Assembly: GCA_040901675.1 (NCBI GenBank)
Contig: JBBDYJ010000009.1
Coordinates: 1 to 44,280, forward strand
DNA length: 44,280 nt
DNA from: Pirellulales bacterium
GTDB taxonomy: Bacteria; Planctomycetota; Planctomycetia; Pirellulales; JAICIG01
Reading direction: 5' to 3'
A program made the translations under genes and the position numbers. How positions within the stretch are numbered: the stretch's first letter is position 1; every line of letters starts with the position of its first letter. The notes beneath the pieces were generated by a model, which saw only the letters and a program-made list of their open reading frames with translations, was not told where the DNA came from and did no database searches. Below, piece by piece: positions 16,264-26,693 of the stretch.

Positions 16264-17469
16264 TCAGCCCGACGTATCCTCTGCCCCGATCGGGCTTCGC
16301 ATCTGGCGCCGGTAGGCGGTGGGCGTCGTTCGCAGTTGCTTGCGGAACACCACCGCCAGGTGCCGGTAGTCGAAAAAGCCCGCGTGGCTCGCCACCGCTC
16401 GCATCGAGAGGTTCGTCCCGGCCAGCAGGCGGCAGGCGCGCTCGACGTGCGTCCGCCGGATTTCCTCCGCCACTCCCCACCCCAACGCCGCACGGCAACG
16501 TCGCTCCAGCGTCCTGCGCCCCAACGGCACGTGCTCGAGGACGTCGGCCACGCGCAGCGGGCGGTGAGCGTGCTCGCGGATGAATCGAACCGCCGCGACG
16601 ACGTCCTCATCCTCGATCGCCAAAACCTCGGACGAGCGGCGGGCGTTGATCCCCGCCGGAGGCAGCAAGACCGGCTCGCACGGCGGCTTTTCGCCCGCCA
16701 GCAGACGCTCCAAAAGCGCCACCGCCTCGTAGCCGATCTGCTCCGCCGGCACGATGATGCTCGACAGCCGAGGCCGCGTCAGCTCGCAGTACAGGTCGTC
16801 GTCGTCCACGCCCAGCACAGCCACGTCTTCCGGCACCCGCAGGTCCGCGCGCCGGCACGCTAACACTACCTGCACCCCCCACAGGTCGTTCGGAGTGAAC
16901 ACCCCCACGGGGGTGGGCAGCTTCCGCAGCCAGCGAAGAACGTGAGGCCCCAAGTCCCACAGGTGGCCCAGCGGGTCAAACTCCAGCTTCGCGGCGCCGT
17001 CATAGCAGGCCGCCGTATGTCCCATCTCCTGCAGGGCCTGGCAGAATGCCTCTCTCCGCTGGGTCGAAAACAGGTGGCGCGGCGGGCCGACGAAGGCAAA
17101 ATGGCGCAGGCCGCGCTCCAGGAAATGATTCGCCGCCAGCCGTCCCACTTGGACGTTGTCCACGCCCACGCGAGCAAACCGTTGCCTGGAGAAAACCGCC
17201 GAGATATTCACCGCCGGCCGCCGCCACGTGGCGAGCGCCCGCTCCAGCGCGGTCGTGTTCAACGCCACAATCAACCCGTCCGGACGGAATCGGCCCCGCA
17301 GCCGGGCGGGCTGCTGCTCGGGGGCGATCGAAGTCAACTGCCACTGTGGCCGGGCCTCCACGTACCGCCAGATTCCCCGCAGGATGCGGCGGTAGTAGGC
17401 AAAGCTGTGCACGAACGCCAGACCGACGTGGGTGGGCCTGGCCCCTGGATTCATCGCCGCTGGATTCAT
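16264..17469 (-). CDS. XylR-type transcriptional regulator (LacI-like sensor + AraC HTH)
   Basis: GVDNVQVGRLAANHFLERG, VPEDVAVLGVDDD, LSSI; C-terminal AraC domain RRTLERR...AGF...FRKQLRTTPTAYR. Start 17454-17508 uncertain. Confidence 0.9.
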   Translation of the reverse strand: MNPAAMNPGARPTHVGLAFVHSFAYYRRILRGIWRYVEARPQWQLTSIAPEQQPARLRGRFRPDGLIVALNTTALERALATWRRPAVNISAVFSRQRFARVGVDNVQVGRLAANHFLERGLRHFAFVGPPRHLFSTQRREAFCQALQEMGHTAACYDGAAKLEFDPLGHLWDLGPHVLRWLRKLPTPVGVFTPNDLWGVQVVLACRRADLRVPEDVAVLGVDDDDLYCELTRPRLSSIIVPAEQIGYEAVALLERLLAGEKPPCEPVLLPPAGINARRSSEVLAIEDEDVVAAVRFIREHAHRPLRVADVLEHVPLGRRTLERRCRAALGWGVAEEIRRTHVERACRLLAGTNLSMRAVASHAGFFDYRHLAVVFRKQLRTTPTAYRRQMRSPIGAEDTSG

Positions 17470-17672
17470 CACCACGGTGCTCTCCCGGCCTGTCGCAAAA
17501 TGATACATGATTGACGCAATTTGACAATGGCCGAGGCAGGCTCCCTCCGACTACCATGAACGGTGCCCGGGGCGAATCCCGCCTGCTCAACACCGTAGAC
17601 CTGCCAGGAAAGAGAGTCGACCCTGGGGGCTGACCACCCCCGCAATAAAAGGCGAGCGGAGGCGACTTAGCC

Positions 17673-20600
17673 ATGAATCGGATGACGCCCAGTCCCACGG
17701 CTCAACTCTGCTTCATCCTGGCGCTCGTCTGCTGCCCGCCGGCAGGGTTGCTATCGGCGCACGGCGCCGACGAGTCCGACGCGTCCGCCCCACCGTCGGA
17801 AGCGGATAGCGAACGCCACTTCGAGACGCAAATCGCGCCGCTCTTGGCGCGGCACTGCTTGGAGTGTCACGCTTCGGCGGCCAAGAAGGGCGGATTGGAC
17901 TTGTCGCGCAAAGACGCGGCACTGGCGGGCGGCAAAAGCGGAGCCGCGATCGCCCCCGGCGAGCCGGCCGATAGCCTGCTCTGGCAATACGTCGAGTCGG
18001 ACGAGATGCCAAAAGACCGGCCGGCCCTGCCGGACAGGGAAAAACGCCTCTTGCGCGCGTGGATCGAGGCCGGCGCGGTCTGGACTCTGGATGCGATCGA
18101 GTTGCCGGCAGCCCCCAAAACCCGCGGCGGCGGTTCCAACTGGGTCCGCAGGCTCACCGTGCCGGAGTATATCGAGACCGTGAAAGCCGCCGTCGGCGTC
18201 GATGTGGCCCAGGACGCCCGCCGCATCTTGCCCCCCGACATGAGGGCCGACGGATTCAGCAACACGGCCTACAACCTCAACGTGGACCTGGCGCACGTGG
18301 AAGCGTACGCCACGCTGGCGGAGATCGTCGTGGGGCGGATGGACCTCGCGAAGTTCGCCGGGCAGTACTCTCAGAGTCAGGACCGCACCGACGCCGGCAT
18401 GCGCGAGCTCATTTCCCGGATGGGAAAGTGGCTGCTGCGCGGACCTCTCGATGAACGGGAGATCGACACTTACCTCGCCCTGTCGAAAGCGGTCGCCGAC
18501 GAAGGAGGAGATTATGCCGAGGCGGTGGGATATATCGTCGAGGCCATGCTGCAGTCGCCTCGCTTCGTCTATCGGATCGAGGACCAGCGGGGCGATGGGA
18601 CGGTGCGGCCGTTGGGCGAGTACGAGCTCGCTTCGCGGTTGAGTTATATCCTGTGGGGCGGACCTCCGGACAAGGAACTGATGCGCGCCGCGGACGCGGG
18701 CGAGCTTTCCGATCGCCGTCGTGTCGCGGCCCAGGTCCAACGGATGCTCCGCGATCCTCGGGCGGTCGAAAGGTCCGCACAATTCCTTTCCGAATGGATG
18801 CACCTCGACCGGCTGTTTCATCTGCGGCCGAGAAGCGAGCGGTTCGCCGGCTGGAACAACCAGTTGGCCGCCGACATGCGCGAAGAAACGCTCGCCTTCT
18901 TCAAGTACGTGGCCTGGGAGCAGAACCGGCCCCTTTCGGATCTGATGAATGCCCAAGTCACGTTCGCCACTCCGCGGCTGGCTCGCCATTACGGTCTCAA
19001 GCAAAAACCGGCCGACGCCGCATCGGGCGGCCGTGAAGTGGCGCGTGCCCCAGAGCGTGTTGCAGGCGGCCTGCAAGCGCTCTACACGTTCGGCGAGCGG
19101 AGCGGCGACGTGGTCCGCGACGTCTCCGCAAGCGGCGAACCGATTCACCTCAAGATCGCCGATCCAGCGGCGGTCCAATGGAATGACAAGGGGCTCTTGA
19201 TCAACGAGCCGACGCTGATCGCCAGCGAGGGCCCACCAGCTAGGCTGATCGACTCCCTGAAGAATTCGAAGGCCATCACGCTCGAAGCCTGGGTCACCCC
19301 GGCCAACGCATCGCAAACGGGGCCGGCCCGCATCGTGACGCTCTCCAACGGCATCTCCTCTCGCAATTTCACGCTCGGCCAGCTCGCCGATCGCTTCGAT
19401 GTCCGCCTGCGAACAACCGCCTCCAGCGGCAACGGAGAACCGTCGCTCAGCAGCCCGGCGGGCACGGCGGCGGCGGTCCCGGTCCACGTCGTCTACACTC
19501 GCGATGCGGCCGGCAAGACAACGATCTACGTCAACGGTGCGGAGGAAGGCGCCCGCGAGCTCGGCGGCGACTTTTCCAACTTCGACGGCGGCTTCCGGCT
19601 TGCGCTGGCCAACGAGCTGTCGCGGGACCGCGCTTGGGCCGGGACGCTGCACCTGGTGGCGCTCTACGACCGGGCGCTCTCGGCGGAGGAGACGCGGCAG
19701 AACCTGGCCGCCGGCGCGCAAAAGCAAGGCCTCCCCGCCTTGGCCAGTGCGGCGCCAGAAGGGGAACGTTCTTCGCAGGGCTTGCAGGCGCTTTACCTGT
19801 TGGACGAAGGCGGCGGCAGCGTGATCCGCGACACCGCGGACGCCGGCGAGCCGCTCGACCTGAACGTCGAAGACGCCTCGCAGCTCGAGTGGGGCTCCGA
19901 GGGAATCACCGTCAAGGGCCCGACACTCATCACCACCAGCGGTCCGGCGACGAGGCTGATCGACGAAATCAAGAAGTCGCGGGCCGTGACGCTCGAAGTC
20001 TGGATCACCCCCGGCGACACCACCCAGAGCGGCCCGGCGCGGATCCTCACGCTCTCGTCCGGCCCTAACCAGCGGAACTTCACGATCGGCCAGGATGGCG
20101 ACAAGTACGAGGTCCGCTTCCGTGCGGAAGGAACCGATCTGAACGGCATGCCCGGCTTGAGCAGCCCCGGCGGCTCCGTTCGAACCCAGCGGACCCACCT
20201 GGTATTCACCCGCGACGCGGCGGGCAACGCCAAGCTCTATCTCGACGGCGAGGAGCAAGCCGCGCGGGCCCTTGGCGGCAACCTGGCAAACTGGGACGAT
20301 GGCTTCCACCTGGCGCTGGCCAACGAATCGACGAAGGATCGCCCCTGGCGCGGCGTGCTGCACCGCGTCGCCATCTATAGCCGGGCGCTCTCGCCTGAAG
20401 AGATCCGCTACCAGGGCGATCTGCGGCCCGACGGCGGAGAGCTGGTACGGTACGATCTGACCGGCGTGCCCGGCCGCGGCGGCCTGCTGACGCAGGCCAG
20501 TGTGCTGACCATCGGTGGCGACGAGGCCTCGATGGTCACCCGGGGGCTGTTTGTGCTTCACGAGCTCCTGTATGGCCGGGTGGAAGATCCCCCACCATGC

Positions 20601-21065
20601 GTGGATACGACGCCCGTGCCGACCAAGCCCGGTCTTTCGCAGCGTGCCGTCGCGATGGAGCGCCTCGCCAATCAATCGTGCACCGGCTGCCATTCCAAGT
20701 TCGAGCCGCTCGCTTTCGGGCTGGAAAAGTTCGATGGCGTGGGAGCTTATCACGACGTGGACGAGCACGGAAATGAGCTGCGGGACGACGGCGAGATTCT
20801 CTTTCCCGACGAGGACGAGCCGGTGGCGTACAAGTCCTCCGCCGAGCTCATGAATCTGCTGGCCGGCAGCGAGCGGGTTCGCATGGCCATCACGCGCAAG
20901 GTGGCTCAGTTTGCACTGGGAAGGCCGCTTGTCGACGCCGATGCGCCCTTTCTTGACGAGATCCATGAAGCCGCGGAAGATGGGGGCGGAACGTACGCCA
21001 GCCTGGTCACCGCCATTGTCATGAGCGATTTAGTGCAGAAGACCCGAACGGAGACAGACCAATGA
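17673..21065 (+). CDS. planctomycete cytochrome c / DUF1587-DUF1595-DUF1592-DUF1588-DUF1585 protein with two inserted LamG-like domains
   Basis: Signal peptide; CLECH heme motif with GGLDLS; RRLTVPEY; LQSPRFVY; YELASRLSY..W..PPD; RGGLLTQ; CTGCH..EPLAFGLEKFD; FALGR; two ~200-aa repeats with TLEAW/TLEVW and LYDRALS/IYSRALS. Confidence 0.9.
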   Translation: MNRMTPSPTAQLCFILALVCCPPAGLLSAHGADESDASAPPSEADSERHFETQIAPLLARHCLECHASAAKKGGLDLSRKDAALAGGKSGAAIAPGEPADSLLWQYVESDEMPKDRPALPDREKRLLRAWIEAGAVWTLDAIELPAAPKTRGGGSNWVRRLTVPEYIETVKAAVGVDVAQDARRILPPDMRADGFSNTAYNLNVDLAHVEAYATLAEIVVGRMDLAKFAGQYSQSQDRTDAGMRELISRMGKWLLRGPLDEREIDTYLALSKAVADEGGDYAEAVGYIVEAMLQSPRFVYRIEDQRGDGTVRPLGEYELASRLSYILWGGPPDKELMRAADAGELSDRRRVAAQVQRMLRDPRAVERSAQFLSEWMHLDRLFHLRPRSERFAGWNNQLAADMREETLAFFKYVAWEQNRPLSDLMNAQVTFATPRLARHYGLKQKPADAASGGREVARAPERVAGGLQALYTFGERSGDVVRDVSASGEPIHLKIADPAAVQWNDKGLLINEPTLIASEGPPARLIDSLKNSKAITLEAWVTPANASQTGPARIVTLSNGISSRNFTLGQLADRFDVRLRTTASSGNGEPSLSSPAGTAAAVPVHVVYTRDAAGKTTIYVNGAEEGARELGGDFSNFDGGFRLALANELSRDRAWAGTLHLVALYDRALSAEETRQNLAAGAQKQGLPALASAAPEGERSSQGLQALYLLDEGGGSVIRDTADAGEPLDLNVEDASQLEWGSEGITVKGPTLITTSGPATRLIDEIKKSRAVTLEVWITPGDTTQSGPARILTLSSGPNQRNFTIGQDGDKYEVRFRAEGTDLNGMPGLSSPGGSVRTQRTHLVFTRDAAGNAKLYLDGEEQAARALGGNLANWDDGFHLALANESTKDRPWRGVLHRVAIYSRALSPEEIRYQGDLRPDGGELVRYDLTGVPGRGGLLTQASVLTIGGDEASMVTRGLFVLHELLYGRVEDPPPCVDTTPVPTKPGLSQRAVAMERLANQSCTGCHSKFEPLAFGLEKFDGVGAYHDVDEHGNELRDDGEILFPDEDEPVAYKSSAELMNLLAGSERVRMAITRKVAQFALGRPLVDADAPFLDEIHEAAEDGGGTYASLVTAIVMSDLVQKTRTETDQ

Positions 21066-22492
21066 CCAAACCGTGCATCAGCCGCCGCACCATGCTCAAA
21101 GGTCTGGGCACCGTCGCCATCGGCCTGCCGCTCCTGGAGGAGATGCTTACGGCCGCCCGTGCGGCGCAGCCGGGGATCGTGCCGGTGCGCGCTTTCAACG
21201 TCTTTTTTGGCCTGGGAATCCCGGCCCCGCTCCAGACGGAAGGGTTCAGCGGCGTGCTCGAACCGCTCAAGCCGCTGGCCGGCAAGCTGCTCATCATGCG
21301 CTCCGTCGATCAGGTGCGCTGCGACGAGTCGGGGATCAACGCGCATTACGACGGGGCGTCCGGCGCGTTTACCGCCGAGCCGCCCAATGGGACGGCCAGG
21401 GCCGGCGGGCCTTCGCTGGACCAGTTGGTCCGCAAGGCCCATTATCCGGACGGATTGCCCGCCGGCATGGTTCCGACCCTCGTGGCCGGCACCTACTTCA
21501 GACGCGACGATCGGCTTACCCGGTACGTGCACAGCTTCAACGAGGACGGCACGGTCGCCGGAGCGATGCAGGAAAAGCCGCAAGACCTGTTCGAGCGAAT
21601 TTTCGGTTCCCCGGCAAAGCAGGCCGACGGTGCCCGCCGCCAGCGGCTGAAGCACAGCGTGCTCGATACCGTGGTGGACCAGTCCAAGTTCTACACCGGC
21701 GACAGTTCGCCGCTGGGGGCGGCGTCCAAGGCGCGTCTGGCCGACCATCTCGACCGCGTCCGTGAATACGAACAACGAGCATTCCAGATGGCCGAGGAAG
21801 CTTCTCAGCGTTGCCGCTCGGTCGACGGTCCGCCGGACTCGAACCTCATCCACGGCCCCGCGGCGGATCCCGGCGGCGAGGGGATCGACATCACGCTCGA
21901 CGAGCTCACCGCCGAATGGCGGTTGCTGGCCGATCTGTACGCCCTGGCGATTCAATGCGATCGCGTCCGCTTCGGCTCGATCACCTTTTTGTCCGCCGGC
22001 GAGCGGATCCGCCTCAAGGGCAGGTACGAATACGGGGGCAGAACGGTCTTCGAGTTCGACGACGCCGCTCAGCGCCGGGCCTCCGGCTCCGTGGCCTGCA
22101 GCCACGAGTGGTGGCATGATTTCAACGAGTCGCAGAAGAACGAGCAACTCCGGGCGCACGCCCATATGAAAATGCGGGAAGTCGCGTACTTCCTCCAGCG
22201 GCTCGATGGGGCCGACTCGCTCGAGCCCAACGGCAAGACGCTGCTGGAGAATTCGCTGATCACCATCTCCACCGAATCGGGCGACGGCCGTCACAACGAC
22301 GTGAAGCGCGAGCTGTCGGGGGTCTTTCACGCCATCACCGGCGCCGGCGGCCGCTTCAAGACGGGCCAGATCATCGAGGCCGGGGCCGAGGGTCTCGACG
22401 TCTACAACACCATGCTCGCCGCGATGGGCGTCTCCCGCCGGCTCGGCCCCTCCAGCCGCGAGATGAGCCCCGTCGACGCCATCCGCGCCTGA
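21062..22492 (+). CDS. DUF1552 (HXXSHH-family) protein
   Basis: Tat-like ISRRTMLKG..IGLPLLE, SLDQ, SVLD, L..HLDRVREYE, GKTLLENS; ATGA overlap with the DUF1592 gene. Confidence 0.85.
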   Translation: MTKPCISRRTMLKGLGTVAIGLPLLEEMLTAARAAQPGIVPVRAFNVFFGLGIPAPLQTEGFSGVLEPLKPLAGKLLIMRSVDQVRCDESGINAHYDGASGAFTAEPPNGTARAGGPSLDQLVRKAHYPDGLPAGMVPTLVAGTYFRRDDRLTRYVHSFNEDGTVAGAMQEKPQDLFERIFGSPAKQADGARRQRLKHSVLDTVVDQSKFYTGDSSPLGAASKARLADHLDRVREYEQRAFQMAEEASQRCRSVDGPPDSNLIHGPAADPGGEGIDITLDELTAEWRLLADLYALAIQCDRVRFGSITFLSAGERIRLKGRYEYGGRTVFEFDDAAQRRASGSVACSHEWWHDFNESQKNEQLRAHAHMKMREVAYFLQRLDGADSLEPNGKTLLENSLITISTESGDGRHNDVKRELSGVFHAITGAGGRFKTGQIIEAGAEGLDVYNTMLAAMGVSRRLGPSSREMSPVDAIRA

Positions 22493-22841
22493 CGCGTTCG
22501 GCGAGCAACGTGCCGACTTCGCCGTCTCCCCGCGGCACCAGCCAATCAACCGGTGCCACATTGCTGGAGCGCGGTGCGGCCGCCCGACGATACCGGAGCA
22601 CCCTGCCCGACGAAACGGCCGGGCGTCCGCAGGAGTCCCGGCCACCCGGCGAAATCGAGTGCTGCCGATTCTCGCCGCCACAAAACGCGGCCGCCTCATT
22701 CGCGGCGCCAATCCCAGCCTTGATCCGCTAGAATCAAAGCAGGGCCGGGCGGAAGAATCCCGCTGGACGAAACCGGCTCGCGGCCGATACAACGAGATCG
22801 GCAGGCACCCAATACCCGCAGCCCGGAGCAAGGATACCCCG

Positions 22842-23102
22842 ATGGCCGAACGCTCGAAGCACCAGGACAAGATCATCCGCAACTATTACCAGAACCAGGA
22901 TGCCATCCTGCTGCAGCGCCTGGGAGAGCAGGTCACCGACCTCTACCTGGCCCAAGGCAAGGCGCGGGCCAAACAGTGGCAGCGGGCGGCGGCCACGCTC
23001 GAAAAACTCAAGGTGCCCGCCTCGCGGATCGAACACCTCGTCGGCTCGGACAACCCGGCGCTCTTGGCCAAACTGCTCGAGGAGCTGCTGGCCAAGAAGT
23101 AA
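22842..23102 (+). CDS. small hypothetical helical protein
   Basis: AAGGA SD before ATG 22842; strong GC3 codon bias; first gene of the ABC operon. Confidence 0.75.
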   Translation: MAERSKHQDKIIRNYYQNQDAILLQRLGEQVTDLYLAQGKARAKQWQRAAATLEKLKVPASRIEHLVGSDNPALLAKLLEELLAKK

Positions 23103-23108
23103 GAAGTA

Positions 23109-24044
23109 ATGCCGCTGGTCGATATCCATCACCTCAGCCGCAGCTACGGCACCGTCCGCGCCCTGGACGACGTGACGCTCTCGCTCGAGCCCGGCACGAT
23201 CGGCCTGGTCGGCAACAACGGCGCCGGCAAGTCGACCCTCCTCAAGCTGCTGCTGGGCTTGCTCCAACCCGACTCCGGCGGCGGCTCGATCCTGGGCTGC
23301 GATATCACCCGCTCGGCACGCCAGTTGCGCGGCCAGGTCGGCTACATGAGCGAGTCGGCGGCCACCGTGCCGGTGCTCAAGGGAGTCGAGTTCGTCACGC
23401 TGGCCGGCGACCTGTATGGCATGCCGCACCGCGACGCCCGCCGCCGGGCCCACGAGGTGCTCGACTACGTGGGCCTGGGCGAGTTGCGCTACCGCCGGCT
23501 CGAAGAGTATTCCACCGGCAACGTGCAGCGGCTCAAGCTGGCCGCCGCGCTGGTGCACGACCCGCGGCTGCTGCTCTTGGACGAACCGACCAACGGCCTC
23601 GACCCGGCCGGCCGCGCCGCCATGCTGGCACTGCTGGAGGACCTCATCGCCGAAACCGGCAAGAGCGTCATCCTCTGCACGCATCTGCTGGGCGACGTCG
23701 AGCGGCTCTGCCGCCAGGTCGTCGTGCTCGATCGGGGCCGCGTGGTCCGCAACGGAACCGTGCAGGAGCTGCGGTCAGCGGCGGGCGACTGCTACCAGCT
23801 CGGCTGGCAAGGAGCGGGCGATGCCTTCCTGACCGCTCTGCGAGACGCGGGGGCCGTCGTCGCCCGCCAGGCGGATCACCGTGCTCTGGCCAGCGTTCCG
23901 GAAGGCTGGAGCACGGCCCGATTCTTCGAGCTGGCCGCCGCGTCGGACGCGGTGATCGACTTTTTGGCGCCGGACGAAGAGAACCTCGAACGGCTGTTCT
24001 TCCGCGTCACCGGGCCGCCCGCCGCCCGCCTCCAGCAGGTGTAG
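23109..24044 (+). CDS. ABC-2 type exporter ATP-binding protein
   Basis: Walker A GNNGAGKS, signature YSTGN, Walker B LLLLDEP, H-loop. Confidence 0.95.
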   Translation: MPLVDIHHLSRSYGTVRALDDVTLSLEPGTIGLVGNNGAGKSTLLKLLLGLLQPDSGGGSILGCDITRSARQLRGQVGYMSESAATVPVLKGVEFVTLAGDLYGMPHRDARRRAHEVLDYVGLGELRYRRLEEYSTGNVQRLKLAAALVHDPRLLLLDEPTNGLDPAGRAAMLALLEDLIAETGKSVILCTHLLGDVERLCRQVVVLDRGRVVRNGTVQELRSAAGDCYQLGWQGAGDAFLTALRDAGAVVARQADHRALASVPEGWSTARFFELAAASDAVIDFLAPDEENLERLFFRVTGPPAARLQQV

Positions 24045-24072
24045 CCTCCTCCGGAACCCGCAAAGAGCGCCC

Positions 24073-24963
24073 ATGCCCATCGACAACGCCCATTATCACG
24101 GCTGGCAAGGCAGCTTGAGATCGCCCTGGCTGGCGACGCTGGCACTGGTGCGGGTCGCCCTCCTGCAGGTGCTGCGCCGCAAACTGTATTGGATCGTGCT
24201 GGCCTTGGGCTTGGCCCAATTCTTCCTCTACTGGTCGATCATCTACGCCGTGACGCAGCTCGATCCGCCGCCGGCCGCCCGCGAGAGAATGCTGGAAGCT
24301 TTCGGCTTCAGCGCCCAGCCGCAGCCTGGCCGCCCAAGCGGCTACATCCTCTTCATGGAGCGGCAAAGCGTGGTGGTCATGATCCTGCTGGCCTTTTCAG
24401 GAAGCGTCCTGGTGGGCTCCGATTTCCGGCTCGGCTCGCTGCCGTTCTACTTGTCGCGGCGGATCGACCGGCGGCACTATATCGCGGGCAAGTTGCTGGC
24501 CATCGGCGCGGTTGTATCGCTGTTGACCACCGTGCCGGCCCTGATGCTGTTTATCGAGTACGGCATGTTTACGTCGTCCACCGACTACTGGATCGACAAC
24601 TGGCGGCTGCCCGTCGAGGTAATCGCCTACGGGGCAGTGCTGGCGGCGACGCTGTCCGTGCTGTTGGTCACGTTGTCGGCTTACTTGCAGCGGCTGGCTC
24701 CCATCGCGATCACCTGGTCGAGCCTGTTCGTGCTCTTGCCGCTGCTGCGGTCCGCGCTGGTCAGGGAAACGCACAACCGCTATTGGAACCTGATCGACCC
24801 CTGGCGCGACATGAGCCTGGTGGGCCGGCTGGCGTTCGGCGACTTCGATTCGCCTTTCGAACGCCGGCTGGCACTCTGGGCGCTGGCCATCCTGTCGGCT
24901 ATCTCGGCCGCGATGCTCGTGGCGCTGGTGCGCCGCGTCCGTTCGGTCGACGTGGTGGAATGA
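24073..24963 (+). CDS. ABC-2 type exporter permease
   Basis: About 6 TM helices; D..GSLPFYLSRRIDRRHYIAGK ABC-2 loop motif. Confidence 0.85.
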   Translation: MPIDNAHYHGWQGSLRSPWLATLALVRVALLQVLRRKLYWIVLALGLAQFFLYWSIIYAVTQLDPPPAARERMLEAFGFSAQPQPGRPSGYILFMERQSVVVMILLAFSGSVLVGSDFRLGSLPFYLSRRIDRRHYIAGKLLAIGAVVSLLTTVPALMLFIEYGMFTSSTDYWIDNWRLPVEVIAYGAVLAATLSVLLVTLSAYLQRLAPIAITWSSLFVLLPLLRSALVRETHNRYWNLIDPWRDMSLVGRLAFGDFDSPFERRLALWALAILSAISAAMLVALVRRVRSVDVVE

Positions 24964-24994
24964 ATCTGGCCCTGGAATAACTGGGTAAAACTGC

Positions 24995-25912
24995 ATGGAC
25001 CTCGTCCTCGACCACGCGACCAAGTTCTACGGGCCGGTGATCGGCATCAACAACGTCAGTTGCCGCGTCGCTCCCGGCATTACCGGCCTCTTGGGCGCCA
25101 ATGGGGCCGGCAAGTCGACGCTGATCAAGCTGGCCAGCGGGCAACTGCGCCCCGACCAGGGGCGGGTGCTGATCGGCCGGCGGAGGGCCTGGTCGACCGC
25201 CGCCAAACGGCACCTGGGATACAGCCCCGATCTCGACAGCTTCTACGAGGACATGACCGGCCGCGAGTTCGTTTACACCATGGCCTGCTTGTACGGCTAC
25301 CCCCGCTCCGAGGCACGGCGGCGGGCGGAAGAAGCCCTCGCCGAGGTCGGCATGCGCGAGCGCGCCTCGCGGCGGCTGGCCGGCTGCAGCCACGGCATGC
25401 GGCAGCGGATCAAGCTGGCCCAGGCCTTCGTCCACGATCCGGACGTCCTCCTGCTGGACGAACCCTTGAGCGGCATCGACCCGGGCGGCCGGCGGGAGAT
25501 CAACGAGCTGCTGCGGCGGTTCGCCGCCCGCGGCAAGACGATCCTCCTCTCCAGCCATATCCTGGTCGAAGTCGAGAACCTGGCCGACTCGATTCTCATG
25601 ATCGCCCGCGGCCGCATCGTGGCCTCGGGCACGCTGGCCGAAGTCCGGGGACTGCTGGAGGACCGCCCGCTTACGGTCGAGATCGAAACCGGGCAAGCCC
25701 GCCGGCTGGCCAGCCTGCTGGCCGAGGTCTCCGACGTGCGGAGTGTGCGGATCGTCGACGAAACGCTGCGGGTCGAGACCCGCAATCCGGGCCGCTTCTT
25801 CCCGCTGGTCGGCCAATTGGTGCTCGAGCACAACCTGCCGCTGCGCAGGATGCAGGCGGTCGACGCCGGGATCGATGCGGTCTTCAACTACCTCGAGCGG
25901 CCCGGCCGATGA
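24995..25912 (+). CDS. ABC-2 type exporter ATP-binding protein
   Basis: GANGAGKS, SHGMRQR, LLLDEP, SSH. Confidence 0.95.
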   Translation: MDLVLDHATKFYGPVIGINNVSCRVAPGITGLLGANGAGKSTLIKLASGQLRPDQGRVLIGRRRAWSTAAKRHLGYSPDLDSFYEDMTGREFVYTMACLYGYPRSEARRRAEEALAEVGMRERASRRLAGCSHGMRQRIKLAQAFVHDPDVLLLDEPLSGIDPGGRREINELLRRFAARGKTILLSSHILVEVENLADSILMIARGRIVASGTLAEVRGLLEDRPLTVEIETGQARRLASLLAEVSDVRSVRIVDETLRVETRNPGRFFPLVGQLVLEHNLPLRRMQAVDAGIDAVFNYLERPGR

Positions 25913-26667
25913 ACCTGCTCCGCGCCTGGACAATGCTCTTCTGGCTCTCGTACCGGAGGCTGCTCTGGTCGGCAAACACCTTGATGGTCCTCTTCCCGCT
26001 GGCCGGCTGCGGCCTGTTTCTCTTGCGGCGGCGGTACGACCGCATGCACAACCTGGCCGACGCCTTTCAGTCGTTCAGCAACTTCCTGATCCTTGTCTTC
26101 GTGTCGTTCGTGGTGCCGGTCTGCGCGTTGGCCTTCGGCACGGCCAGCATCGGGGGCGACCGCGAAGATCGAACGCTGTTGTTCGTGCTGGTGCGGCCCA
26201 TCCCCCGGCCGCTGGTGCTGCTGGCCAAGTTCTTCGCTTCGCTGCCTCTGGCGCTGGGGCTGGTGGTCGGCAGCTTCTTGGTGTTTTGCGAGCTGGCGGG
26301 CAAGGCCGGGGCGTTGGCCGGCCAACTGTACCTGCCCGCCGTGTTCTACATGACGGTTGCCTACGTGGGGCTGTTCCACCTTTTCGCCGTGTCGCTGCGG
26401 CATTCGACGATCGTGGCCTTGATCTACGCGCTGTTCATGGAGATGCTGCTGGGAAACATGCCGGGCATCGTCAAGCGCGTGGCCGTGAACTACTATGGAC
26501 GATCGCTGATGTATGCCGCGGGCCATGGCGAAGGCCTGGGCACGCCAAGCTGGTTCGAGCCGATCTCTCCCAGCACGGCCGCCTGGGTGCTGGCGCTGTT
26601 TGGCGCCGGCGGATTGGCCCTGGCCCTGCTGGTGTTCCAGCGGCGCGAGTACCGCGATCTGACTTAA
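25909..26667 (+). CDS. ABC-2 type exporter permease
   Basis: ATGA overlap; DREDRTLLFVLVRPIPR..LLAK; C-terminal FQRRE; multiple TM helices. Confidence 0.85.
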   Translation: MNLLRAWTMLFWLSYRRLLWSANTLMVLFPLAGCGLFLLRRRYDRMHNLADAFQSFSNFLILVFVSFVVPVCALAFGTASIGGDREDRTLLFVLVRPIPRPLVLLAKFFASLPLALGLVVGSFLVFCELAGKAGALAGQLYLPAVFYMTVAYVGLFHLFAVSLRHSTIVALIYALFMEMLLGNMPGIVKRVAVNYYGRSLMYAAGHGEGLGTPSWFEPISPSTAAWVLALFGAGGLALALLVFQRREYRDLT

Positions 26668-26693
26668 AAGGGGCAAAACAGGAGGGCATCGCC

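Noticed and set aside
17751..20966. 1071-aa antisense ORF (likewise 4963-6612, 20906-22882 and many others)
   Set aside because: Shadow frames of GC-rich genes with no motifs; the opposite strand has clear family signatures.
25743..26693. Long N-terminal extensions of track ORFs (ADH 724 aa, permease 535 aa, propeller 765 aa, RND 1088 aa, top6B 787 aa) as fusions
   Set aside because: Extensions overlap real upstream genes or intergenic DNA and are low-complexity; internal starts with SD or stop/start overlaps fit better.
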